Part shown: one piece after another, positions 49,004 to 60,813 of the stretch
How the letters are laid out: each line of letters opens with the position of its first letter
How positions within the stretch are numbered: position 1 is the stretch's first letter
Assembly: GCA_049724395.1 (NCBI GenBank)
Contig: JAUGWO010000069.1
Location: 372,001 to 436,000, forward strand
DNA from: Spongospora subterranea f. sp. subterranea
Taxonomy: Eukaryota
Reading direction: 5' to 3'
DNA length: 64,000 nucleotides
Notes under the pieces: model-generated
Seen by the model: the letters and a program-made list of their open reading frames with translations, nothing else
The model's database searches: none
What the model was told of the DNA's origin: nothing
Translations under genes and position numbers: made by a program

Positions 49004-52000
49004 TTATGACACAGAGCACATCCACTTTGGCGTTTTATATCTGATTTCAGTTTCTTCGTCTGCGGCGTCGTCGCTTCTGCTTTGTCGTCGCCTTCTGTTC
49101 AGCGTCGTCCCAGTTTGCGAATGATGGCTGTTGTGTGGGATCTGAGGATTGATTGGACTCCTGGTCAGGAAACGAGGCAAAGTTGTTGTCGTCAGTTTGT
49201 TGCGATGGATTAGAGGCTTTTGGTATTGTATCCGGCGAAACCTCATGTGGTGCATCAGGTGTTTTGGGCTGCGGAACAGTAGGTGTTGATTCGTGACCCA
49301 CGTTTTCCCGTTTCGTATCAAAAGACACTTGTTCGTCTTGTGTCTTTCCGCCATTTTTCGGCTTGCTCCACCATGATCCTTGATCAGTTTCAGGTGTAGA
49401 CGACTTTGAATCAGGCGACGCCTGGTCATCATTTGCCTCATTGGCGGTCTTAGAATTGCCCCACCATGAGTTCTCATCAGTGTCAGGTTTAGACGGCTTT
49501 GAGTCAGATGACGTCTGTTCATCATTGGCCTTCGTGGCGTCCTTAGACTTGCCCCACCATGAGTTCTCATCAGTGTCAGGTTTAGACGGCTTTGAATCAG
49601 GGAAAGCCTGTTCATCATTTGCCTTTTTGGCGGCCTTAGAAGTGCCCCACCATGAGCTCTCATTATTGTCGGGTGATTTTTCTTCACCTTTGGATGGTTT
49701 GATACCACTTGACGATTGATGATCTTTCACTTTTTTGCTTTCTTTAGACACGCTCAGCCGGGGATTCCCTTGACCATTGGGGGATTTTTCTTTCGATAGG
49801 TTTGACTCTTTGGTTGGTTCAGGCTTCATTGGGATTTTGTCGTTCGTGCCCACATCCGGTGGTGCCGCTTCGAAAGTCGGCGATTCCCCATGCTTTGCCC
49901 CAGAATTCGCGTTACCCTTTCCCATCGACGACCTTTCTTCAGTGTCTGGCGAAGGCTGCTCTGCTTTCTGGTCGCCTCTAGTCGTGGACTTGACGTGATC
50001 TCTTGCTGGCGAACCGTCTTGGCGCTGTGCTGACCCATCTTGGCGCTGAGGGATCGCTGATGGCTCATCTTGGTGCTTTTCATCAACTGCTGCGGAATCG
50101 TTTTGGCGCTGCTGAGGAATCGCTGGTGAACCATCTTGGCGCTGTTTGGCGATTGCTGCTGACCGATCTTGGCGCTGTTGAGGAATTGCGGCTGACCCAT
50201 CTTGGCGCTGTTTTGGACTTGATGCTGACACACCTTGGCGCTGTTGAGGAATTGCTGCCGAATCATTTTGGCGCTGTTTTGGAGTCGCTGCTGACCCATC
50301 TTGGCGCTGTTGAGGAATTACTGCTGAACCGTCTTGGCGCTGTTGAGGAATTGCTGCTGAACCGTCTTGGCGCTGTTGAGGAGTTGCTGCTGAACCGTCT
50401 TGACGCTGTTGAGGCTTTGCGGCTGAACCGTTTTGGCGCTGTTGAGGACTCGCTGCTGAACCATCTTGGCGCTGTTGAGGAATTGCTGCTGAACCGTCTT
50501 GGCGCTGTTGAGGAGTTGCTGCTGAACCGTCTTGACGCTGTTGAGGCTTTGCGGCTGAACCGTTTTGGCGCTGTTGAGGACTCGCTGCTGAACCATCTTG
50601 GCGCTGTTGAGGAATTGCTGCTGAACCGTCTTGGCGCTGTTGAGGAGTTGCTGCTGAACCGTCTTGACGCTGTTGAGGCTTTGCGGCTGAACCGTTTTGG
50701 CGCTGTTGAGGACTCGCTGCTGAACCATCTTGGCGCTGTTGAGGAATTGCTGCTGAACCGTCTTGGCGCTGTTGAGGAGTTGCTGCTGAACCGTCTTGGC
50801 GCTGTTGAGGAGTTGCTGCTGAACCGTCTTGGCGCTGTTGAGGAGTTGCTGCTGAACCGTCTTGGCGCTGTTGAGGCTTTGCGGCTGAACCGTTTTGGCG
50901 CTGTTGAGGACTCGCTGCTGAACCATCTTGGCGCTGTTGAGGAATTGCTGCTGAACCGTTTTGGCGCTGTTGAGGAATTGCTGCTGAAATATCTTGGCGC
51001 TGTTGAGGAATTGCTGCTGAATCATCTTGACGCTGTTTTGGACTCGCTGCTGACCCATCTTGGCGCTGTTGAGGAATTGCTGCTGAACCATCTTGGCGCT
51101 GTTGAGGAATTGCTGCTGAATTATCTTGGCGCTGTTGAGGAACTGCTGCTGAATCATCTTGACGCTGTTTTGGACTCGCTGCTGACCCATCTTGGCGCTG
51201 TTGAGGAATTGCTGCTGAACCATCTTGGCGCTGTTGAGGAATTGCTGCTGAATTATCTTGGCGCTGTTGAGGAATTGCTGCTGAATCATCTTGACGCTGT
51301 TTTGGACTCGCTGCTGACCCATCTTGGCGCTGTTGAGGAATTGCTGCTGAACCATCTTGGCGCTGTTGAGGAATTGCTGCTGAATCATCTTGACGCTGTT
51401 TTGGACTCGCTGCTGACCCATCTTGGCGCTGTTGAGGAATTGCTGCTGAATCGTCTTGGCGCTGTTGAGGAATTGCTGCTGAACCGTCTTGGCGCTGTTG
51501 AGGAATTGCTGCTGAACGGTCTTGGCGCTGTTGAGGAATTGCTGCTGAACCGTCTTGGCGCTGTTGAGGAATTGCTGCTAAACCATCTTGGCGCTGTTGA
51601 GGAATTGCTGCTGAACGGTCTAGGCGCTGTTTTTGACTTGCTGCTGAACCATTTTTTCGCTGTTGAGGAATTGCTGCTGAATCATCTTGGCGCTGTTGAG
51701 GAATTGCTGGTGATCCATCTTGGCGCTGTTGAGGAGTTGCTGCTGACCCATCTTGGCGCTGTTGAGGAATTGCTGGTGATCCATCTTGGCGCTGTTGAGG
51801 AGTTGCTGCTGACCCATCTTGGCGCTGTTGAGGAATTGCTGCCGAATCATCTGGGCGCTGTTGAGGAATTGCTGCTGGCCCATCTTGGCGCTGTTGAGGA
51901 ATTGCTGCTGACCCATCTTGGCGCTGTTGAGGAATTGCTGCTGACCCATCTTGGCGCTGTTGAGGAATTGCTGCCGAATCATCTGGGCGCTGTTGAGGAA

Positions 52001-54198
52001 TTGCTGCTGGCTCATCTTGGCGCTGTTGAGGAATTGCTGGTGATCCATCTTGGCGCTGTTGAGGAGTTGCTGCTGACCCATCTTGGCGCTGTTGAGGAAT
52101 TGCTGGTGATCCATCTTGGCGCTGTTGAGGAGTTGCTGCTGACCCATCTTGGCGCTGTTGAGGAATTGCTGCCGAATCATCTGGGCGCTGTTGAGGAATT
52201 GCTGCTGGCCCATCTTGGCGCTGTTGAGGAATTGCTGCTGACCCATCTTGGCGCTGTTGAGGAATTGCTGCTGACCCATCTTGGCGCTGTTGAGGAATTG
52301 CTGCCGAATCATCTGGGCGCTGTTGAGGAATTGCTGCTGGCTCATCTTGGCGCTGTTGTGGAATTGCTGCTGACCCATCTTGACGCTGTTGAGGACTTGC
52401 TGCCGAATCATCTGGGCGCTGTTGAGGAATTGCTGCCGAATCATCTTGACGCTGTTTTGGACTCGCCGCTGGCCCATCTTGAGGCTGTTGAGAAATTGCT
52501 GCCGAATCATCTTGACGCTGTTTGGGGATTGCTGCTGACCCATCTTGGCGCTGTTGAGGAATTGCTGCTGAATCATCTTGGCGTTGCTGAGGAATCGCTG
52601 CCGAGCCGTCTTCACGCTGTTGGGGAATCGCTGCCGAGGAAGATGGCGCAACTTGATCTAATTCATCACCATCAGGCTCTTTCTTGATCGGTTCCCTTTC
52701 ATCAGCATTTGGTGATGACGCCAAAGGCCCTGTGTCTGACCCACCGTTTCCGACCGCATTCTCTGATAACGGAAGAGCTTCAGGTTTCGACTTGGGTTTT
52801 GATTTGCCCCAACCGCTAAACCATGAATTGTTTTCAGCTTCGTCTTTTGCAGTTTCCGCAGGTAGAGAGCTATCATCGTTCCTCGGCGCTTCAGCGTCAA
52901 GCGTAGCCGGCGTGGAAGCATCAGCATTCGTTGACGACGCCAAAGAATCTGTATCTGATCCTCCGTTTCCAGATGAATTTTCTGATGAGAGAGGAGCGTC
53001 CTCAGGTTTCGACTTGGGTTTTGATTTGCCCCAACCGCTAAACCATGAACTGTTCTCAGCTTCATCTTCTGCAGTTTCCACAGGTGAAGGTGAAGGTTCA
53101 TCAACGTTCTTTGGTGCTTCGCCAGTGTCAATCGAAGCCGGAGTGGAAGCAGTGTCGCTTTGCACAGCAGGTACTGGGGTTGCAAGTTCATCAGCACGTT
53201 GCGCGATAACATCGTTGATGGAATCCACTTTATCAGCAATTGCAATGCCGTCGGGACGAGATTGCTTTCGGGACCTCCATGGCGCGTTTGTGGGAGTGTC
53301 ATCTGCTGATGTTATAGCATCACCCGCGACGATTTTATTTGATGATTCGGCAGAATCAACAGCCGCTGACGAGGCCAATCCCTTGTCAGATCTGTCAGGA
53401 ACGCCTGCTGGGGAAGGAGGCGCTGCATCAGCGCTGTCGACGGTATTGCCGTTCATCGAGCGCTCCTGTTCAATGCCAGAAACGGTGTCGGGGTGCGATT
53501 GATTCTGCTCGTTCTCTACGAGATTTTCGCGAGCATCCACTTTGTCGGCGTTTGATCTCTTCCGTTAGCTTGGTCAGAGAAGGAGTCGCCGCTCTATCTG
53601 AACCAACAGCGTTTGAAGAATCAATATCATCAGTGCCGCTGGCTGGAATTGCCGATGGCTCTTTTGCAACGGTATCACCAGTGGAATCCAGGGTTTGAGA
53701 TGGGTTTCGGTCATCCTTGACACGAGCCTCTTGATTGTCATCATCTCGTTCTGGCCGATTGCCGTTTCCATGTCCATCGGTATCTGGCGACAACACATTC
53801 ATCGACTGACCTGGCTCATCGCCCCCAGTAGTTGTAGATGATTGCTCATCGTCAGCTGGTTCTGCTTCAGGGCCATTTCTGGATGACGAAAACGAACTAT
53901 TTGATTTCGGGGAAGAGGGCGGAACCGCTGCCGATGATTCGGTATCGACCCAATTCGCCGGTGGCGTTGTCAACGGCTCGTTCATCGATCGTTGTTTCTG
54001 TGGTTGGTTCGTAGGCGCGCCGGCTTCACTACCTCTGGGTGCTGCAGGATTGTCGGGAAACAACCGATCGATTATAGACGTGCACTCGCCGGCAACCACC
54101 TGGGAACTGATTCGACGAACACGAGGTTCTCGCTGAGCCAAGCGGGTCATTTCATTGTCGTTAGCCTCTGAGCTGGGGCCGTTTTCTTCGTCCGCCAT
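49004..54198 (-). CDS. Giant intrinsically disordered repeat protein (~1,700 aa) with ~80 x 11-aa repeats; possible C-terminal CaaX
   Basis: ORFs 53470..54198 and 49047..53540 overlap out of frame and share composition; repeat consensus QQRQDGSAAIP; an alternative terminal frame ends CSVS* at 49004. Confidence 0.7.
50010..52640. repeat. Coding minisatellite, 33-bp unit, ~80 copies with higher-order blocks
   Basis: Plus-strand unit TCTTGGCGCTGTTGAGGAATTGCTGCTGAACCA and variants; 4-unit and 10-unit blocks are duplicated. Confidence 0.97.
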
Positions 54199-55158
54199 TC
54201 AGGACGTATCAAATGATATGAATCCTGTATTGACTGCAACAGAACAATGGAGAAGTGTTTTCCCAGAACATTGAGTCATCTTCCGTACATTAATCCATTC
54301 CAACCCCGCTCACTTAAATCCACCTTATCATCCTCTGCATCACAGCTCGGTTTCGCATTGTGAGACCATCGGCAGCAGCTTTACAATCCAGAGTGGCAAC
54401 AGCTGTGAAGAATGACCAACAGCAGATTTGTTTCCAGGAAAGTGTTTCGAGCCTGTAGAATATATGGCGCTAATGATTTGCCATTTTTGACCAAGAGTCC
54501 ATCAATATCCCGACGCCGAAACTATTTTTCTGGAGATTTCAATCAAAAGGGCCTATCCTGCTGGTCCAAAATTTTGAAAATGTTTCTACCGACACAATTC
54601 AATGCTTAAACAGACGCTGACAAGGGTGTTTTGATGGGGTCTCTTCTGATACAATTTTTGGAAACCTGGGGATCTCTCTAGTGCTTTATTACCGTATCAA
54701 CGGTGCGATTTTGGTCCAGGATCTCCAAAGCATCAACGTCGCATCCGTTTCTGTTGTCGTTGAGCTCGACACCTGAAATATAGCTGCACGAGCAACTTCT
54801 CGATTCATAACCTGGTGATTACTATCCTCTGTAGCGATAGAAATAACCTGGTTCGCATTCGAATGAATCGAGTTGACTCCCCGGCGAATGCATATATCAA
54901 AATCTGAGATGATCACGGCGGCAATCCTGAAATACACATGGAAACTGGGTCGATATCAACATATGTCGTCGTCGCATGGCTCCAACCATACGTTGACAAC
55001 ATCACAGTACCGCCCTTTCACCTCTCTCATCCAATATTACTGTCAACTCGGAAGAATCACTGGCTCCGCTCTATCGATCAATCTTACTTTATTGAAGTCG
55101 GATCATCTCGTTCTGTATTCTGTAAAACAACAGTCGACTTGTGATTCGAGATTTCGGG

Positions 55159-55885
55159 TTATGATTTGGCGGTTTCCTTGGCTGCCAGCTCTCCATAATG
55201 CTTGCTCATTAATGTCGAAAAGTTTACCAAGAAGCTTGACACATCGCGATCTGTTGCATACTTCTCTTGTGCAGCCTGCAATTGTGTTGCTCTCGTCAGT
55301 GTTGCCAAACTCGTTGAAACATTGCACATGGTACCTTGGGATCCTTCTGCATTAGCGCCATGGCCTCACATATTTTTGGGTTTTGCAGCCCGTTCGCCAA
55401 ACGCGGATCGCTGACGAACGAGCGCAGAAGATCGTCCGTCAACCATTCTGAGCAAAGCGTTTCGATCAGCGTGTTCACTCTGACAGAGGTGGATATCCAT
55501 ACCACCCCCGATTGGCTTCATCGCCGTCTGGACTTCATCCAACACCAACGAGGATCCGGTCTTCATCGACAAAGCCGACGACGTTCTCCCCTTCACGGAC
55601 GGTCCTTTGTTCTGTTTCGAACCCACATCAGCGACGTTTTCTTTCTTATGGTCGAAAGATTCTGCCGACTACTCGATTGAAAAACCCGGTTTTTATCCCT
55701 GAGAACATGGACAGCGATTTATCGGAGACTGGCATCGATCCGGGGCCTGCTTCAGAACGCGCTTCGTGAACTTCGCCCATCTGCTGGTGCTGGCGCAAAT
55801 CCGCATCGTTCTTTTGTTGCAGATCTCGCCACCCTTTCATTGGGGTGATATGGCTCATATCCTCTAGGGGTGGTGGCTCATCCAT
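55159..55885 (-). CDS. STI1/HOP-DP domain protein, multi-exon
   Basis: MDEPPPLEDM start, GIKTGFF, WLTDDLL..DPRLANGLQNPKICEAMALMQKDPK/AAQEKY..FSTLMSKHY. Confidence 0.65.
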
Positions 55886-56329
55886 TTTCAACGTTTATAC
55901 GCGGTTTGCGACCGATTGCCTTGTCAGGACTGGGCAGCAGACAGTTCTGGCCTGGCACAGGGCTACAGTACACCATTCAACTCAACTGCAGCCCGCTAAA
56001 CCACCTCAACATTCTTCACAACAGTTCATAGAGTCTGGTCGAAGGACGAAAATGTCAACTTTTCGTGTGTGGAGCTTATTGGCTCAAAAAGTAGGCATTG
56101 GTCGACGTTGTCACTGCTTTTTTCACTCGTGTCAGATTTTTTTTTCTTTCGCGTTCTCAACCTGCCCCCAGTATTCGATGCCTCTAAGTCGGAACGATTT
56201 GTTCATGCTGCTGAATGCGGATCATATTCGCCAATCGCAGACTCTTGTGAATGGCGAAGCGAACTGCCATTCGTAAATTCCCGTAAAGGTGAAGCTTCAA
56301 ATGCTGCGAATGGCGGTTCGCTTCACCAT

Positions 56330-56706
56330 TCACACGAGTATGGGACCCTTCCAAGCGGCCAGGTGTGAAGGAAAAGTATCATTTTTGGTTGCAATTAAAA
56401 TCAAAGTGCCCGGTACGTCGTTGACGTTGACAACTGCGGTTGATTTCGCAACGTCGAACAGAGCAACAACTGAAACGAACCCGCCTTCCTGAGAAAAAAT
56501 AAACCAATGTCCTGGCGACCCGCTCCGACATGAGCATGCGAAGCGGGAATTCTCGCCCCATTTTGCTCGGCGGCTGTCGCAATAAGGTCCAACGTCCATT
56601 CAAACGTTCTGCACGACACCCGAAGGTTCTTGCGATACCATTCATCGAAATGACAGCCTTGCACGCCTACAATATCTTCACTACACAAGACGAAGTGTGA
56701 CAGCAA
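56330..56706 (-). mobile_element. PIF/Harbinger transposase N-terminal fragment (degenerate)
   Basis: DEWYRKNLRVSCRTFEWTLDLI and the HTH-like TLVYF/SQEGGFVSVVALFDVAKSTAV typical of the DDE_Tnp_4 N-terminus; frameshifted and lacking the catalytic core. Confidence 0.6.
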
Positions 56707-57599
56707 TTGACCCTGCGAGACATTGTGTTTTAGACTAAGTTTATTCTAAAGAAGGGCGCCTAATGCGTCGCCCATCTGAACCTATGGCCGCTACAGCTGC
56801 CACAGCCCGGTCATCATGGCTCCCAATGCTGTGGTTTGGGGTTATCAACAACTGTTTTTGTTTGTGGGGTCTGTGATTCTCTGACCGTTTCTGACGACTT
56901 CTTGTAGAAGTGGGTCTTTTTCAAATAGTCGATCCCTTTAGTCGCCGAAAAAATCAGCTGTCGGAGAAGAAGGCGACTTTTTAGGCCTTCGACCAGACTA
57001 ATAAGAATAGCAATGTGTATTAGATTAAATATCAAGGTTTTTGTGTGCGATGTTATATTGTTCAGCGATGTTGATCTAACTGATTTGATGCGAAAGGTTT
57101 TTAATAAGAAAGACGATGCCGGCAGAGTAGAGCATGCCATGGAGATGAGTTTTACAAAGCGCTCGAAGAATTGACCTAGGCAACGTTGGCGCAGACGTTT
57201 GTCACAAAAAATTAGATCATGAAAGCGCAACAAACCAAAGTGTTCAAGACTGAGTTTTCGCCATTAGTGAATAACACGTTTATTGCAATGGTGAACAGGC
57301 GCAAAGGAGTTGCCGCCGAATGGAATATAACACGCTAAGAAGGATGAGCGTGACGACGACGAGGGAAGCGTGGTACAACAAGATGGGGCCGGATCTTCGG
57401 GAGACGGTGCAGGAGATATTCCCATCTAGGTTCAACTACATTAGTATTGCGGATCATGGTTTTCATTGAATGAATGGCATGGTCAGATCAATGTAATATG
57501 CCAATAAGCGGGTTGGATGAACCAAAAACAACAGCCAATATGGTGGGCCGGTACGGATTAGATCAAGGGTGCTGCCGTTGTCGGTTACCATCATTTATC

Positions 57600-58560
57600 C
57601 GGTCAGAATCAAGCATTGCAGGTCCGTCGAAGATGTGAAAGATTTGTTGCTGACTTGCCAAGAAGCGACGGGCCCGCAATACTTGATCCTGACGGCAATA
57701 AGTGGAGTGACCGACTCAACAACGCCAAGGATCTTCCCACCGAAGTCGCGGAAAGCACGCCGCCGGGAGAACAATCGGTGCGGTTACTGCGGCCCCCGAT
57801 TGAGGTATGTAGCGCACTGGCCAGGCGAAACAACCCCGTGCTCCGGGACACGCCCGTCATTTTGTCAAAGCCTCCCGTCTCTTTCCTCACCATTAAATTT
57901 GCCTTGTCCCACTGGATCAATTACGCCTCGAGCTTGCGTATCCTGGCACAAAGACAGCCTCACTAAAGTGCTGTTCCTGATCGACAGTGGTGCATCAGCC
58001 TGTTTCATCGACGCCACATTCGCGATACGAAACAAGATCCCTCTCGTCCGTTTCCCCAATCTTCTCCCAGTCGAAATTATCGATTGGCGCCACCTCGATG
58101 CAGTTGCCCAAGTAACGCTACCATTACGACTTGGACACTGCCGGTATCGAATCACGTTACGAGTTGTTATGTTATCTTGACCAACCGAACCCCAGAGATC
58201 GATTGGGCGACCTGACACACCACGCCATCACGAATCCACTGAATGCGATACTCGCCCCTTACTCAATTGCCATGTCAATAAACCATACACTCGAAGCTTC
58301 AAGTAAACAAGACGTCATACTTCCGGGGAAGGGTGATGACCGGTGTCACGACGGCATCGTTGACAACAAAAACGTTCGACTAATACTGACTAAGTTCAGC
58401 AGTCTGGTTTGCAAAACTCGGAAATTGCGCGTTCGACGCCCGGGAAATCGAATTCCTAGAGTATTTGTTCACCAACAGCAGCATACAGATGGGCCCGAGT
58501 AAGGTGGAGACTATTCTCGACTGGGCGATACCCACAACAGCCAAGGACGTCCAAAGTGAT
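57600..58560 (+). mobile_element. Ty3/Gypsy LTR-retrotransposon relic (gag knuckle, aspartic protease, RT C-terminal part)
   Basis: RRRENNRCGYCG, FLIDSGASACFIDATF and KL(E)/CAFDAREIEFLEY..QMGPSKVETILDWAIPTTAKDVQS; internal deletions and frameshifts; no LTRs seen. Confidence 0.8.
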
Positions 58561-58667
58561 GAACTCGCCAAACTCGGCATCCCGAGATGATGGTCGTCTC
58601 AAAAAACTTGGGCGTAATTAATTAGTGATCCGGTTCGGGTGTCGCAACTCAATTGCTCAAAAGATGA

Positions 58668-58749
58668 CTGTCCGATTCTCACACTATTCTCACTCTGCCC
58701 GATTCTCACTCTGTCCGGTTCTCACTCTGTCCGATTCGCACTCTGTCCA
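58668..58749. repeat. Degenerate 16-bp tandem repeat (~5 x TTCTCACTCTGTCCGA)
   Basis: Read directly from the sequence, upstream of DGAT2. Confidence 0.8.
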
Positions 58750-58890
58750 GTCTCGGTCTGGTCATGGACACTGTAATTCGCGGAGTTTCCCACGACTGGG
58801 ACTCACCGTTTCTTGGGTCTCGGCAAGTCCCGCCCCGGAACAGTCACAGGCTGACTGACACCAAAGGGTAGCACCGTGTGCCGAAATCCC

Positions 58891-59971
58891 ATGTACCGTT
58901 ACACACCGTCGTGGGCCCCTCACTTTCTGTTACATCCGCTCCACCCTTGGGCCGACATGAAGTTTGTCGGGTTCCTGGTTTTGGGTACGTTCACCTCAAT
59001 CTGGTTGTTCTCTTGTGCGTTCGTGATCACATCCATTCCCTTGTACGTCTTATTCAATATTTCACTGCCGCTTAAGACTCTAGCATTATATGGGCTACTC
59101 CGACTTGTTTGGACCCCCAAGGCTTGGCCTGCTTTTCGCGACTATTTTGCGGTTCAACTCGAGGCGAACCCCTACTTCAACACTCAACGTGTCGTTTTTC
59201 AATCGGATCTCGCTGTTCCCAAACTCGATGGGTCAACCCTAATGACCATATTCCCACACGGGGCTATGACAACAGGATGGACTGTAATTTCCCATTGAAT
59301 TCTGATTGCTTTGGTCTTGATTAAGTTCAGGTCAATTTGAATGTATCCAGGATAATTCGAGGTGCCGAATTCGAATTGCTTGTCGCTCCGATTTTACTAC
59401 GAACCCCATTTATTTCAGAAGTTCTTGTTTGGTAGATCGACTCTCTTTGGATCTTGCGATTATTGAACTCGTGAAAAGGTGCTCTACTGGAGCTGCATCG
59501 AAAAGGAATATGAGGGAGTTAATGTCGAAGGGCAAGAACCTAGCTCTTGTCCCGGGAGGATTTGAAGAGGCGGCGATCTACCGTCAACATGAGTACGGCG
59601 TCTTCATTGATAAGAGGAAAGGCTTCGTCAAATATGCTCTGCAATACGGGTATAAGATATCTCCTGCTTTCACATTCGGCGAAGAGAGCATCTATTCGGC
59701 CGTCACATCTGCGCAACGACTGCGGCTGGCTCTGGCGAAGAAACAGGCGCCAGGGATCCTATTCTGGTCAAGTTTTGGGTGGCTCCCTGACCCTGATAAC
59801 GATCTGGTCACGGTCGTCGGGAATCCAGTTCAACTTCCAACAATTCATCATCCGACACGGGAACAGGTTGATAAATACCATAACGAAGTCGTCGTTGCAT
59901 TGCATACGCTTTTCGAAACCTATAAAGGCGAATATGCCCGAAACCCTAAAGCAGTTTTAAAAATTTATTAA
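58891..59971 (+). CDS. DGAT2: Diacylglycerol O-acyltransferase 2 / MGAT family
   Basis: N-terminal TM hairpin, FPHG, NLALVPGGFEEA, RKGFVKYALQYGY..PAFTFGE, TVVGNP and VDKYH. Confidence 0.88.
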
Positions 59972-60203
59972 CATTCATGGGCAATAAAGTGTTAATTGAA
60001 GATTATGGTACGAACTAGGAAGGGCCTGGGACGGCTGTTGTATACGTGCAGGCTTCCGTAATTTTGACTTTGATGACGCAGTATTCTGTGCAATACGGTA
60101 ATGCAATACGTGACTCAATAGAGTGAATCACGATCAGGAAATTGATCGGATCATGGAAGGGTTATGAACCCGAATCATTTGAAAATCGTTAAGAATATCC
60201 ACA

Positions 60204-60593
60204 ATGGCTCGTCAGTTAATGAGTCCGCGCCTAATGCGCCATTTGTCTCCAATCACGATGATGTTGGATGGACGTTCAATGATGTTCGACATGGACGACT
60301 TCCAGCTCTCAGAACAAAGCGAAAGATTGCGAGATTGTAATGAGCAGGGAAAGTTCACCATACTTAATAACAACATGGCGCAACGGACACGCTTCGAGCG
60401 GATGGATATGATTGAACAAAGCTTCGAGTGGCAAGTAATCTCTGATGACTCGACAATTTCATCGACAGAGAAAGTGCCCGCCTCTAGCGAGATAAAAGCA
60501 ACATGGACCAAGTCTAGAGCAAACCCTATACCAACCATCTCCGGGGTCGACAGCTATGGGTGCTTGGACGACGAGTTAGATCGGTTGATGTAA
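60204..60593 (+). CDS. Hypothetical protein
   Basis: 129-aa ORF with ACAATGG start context and AATAAA just downstream; no domain recognised. Confidence 0.4.
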   Translation: MARQLMSPRLMRHLSPITMMLDGRSMMFDMDDFQLSEQSERLRDCNEQGKFTILNNNMAQRTRFERMDMIEQSFEWQVISDDSTISSTEKVPASSEIKATWTKSRANPIPTISGVDSYGCLDDELDRLM

Positions 60594-60813
60594 GACGAAC
60601 ATATTTTTGCAAATAAAATTTACAGAATTAAATGAACTCGAGGGAATTCACGGCCCCATTTTCCAGTTATAAATAAGAAGTCAAAAAATATGGAGCAGAG
60701 CAGTTCAAGCAAGAAATAAAAGACTAAAATTAAGTCTTGAGGAAGACAATGGGTGATTTCGTGACCTTGTAAACAAATAAATAGTGGACTATATTGACGG
60801 CATCTAGTAGGAA

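Noticed and set aside
50003..52687. 894-aa antisense ORF (LLLNHLGAVEE repeats, LRR-like look) and alternative-frame ORFs
   Set aside because: These are confined to the 33-bp array and are by-products of a stop-free unit. Only the QQRQDG frame continues into unique flanking coding sequence.
53525..53575. TKLTEEIKRRQSGC resembling TKKLKSDIKRQSGC near the C-terminus of the repeat protein, hinting at two tandem genes
   Set aside because: The match is short, is not followed by a CaaX stop, and there is no intergenic space. A frameshift within one gene is simpler.
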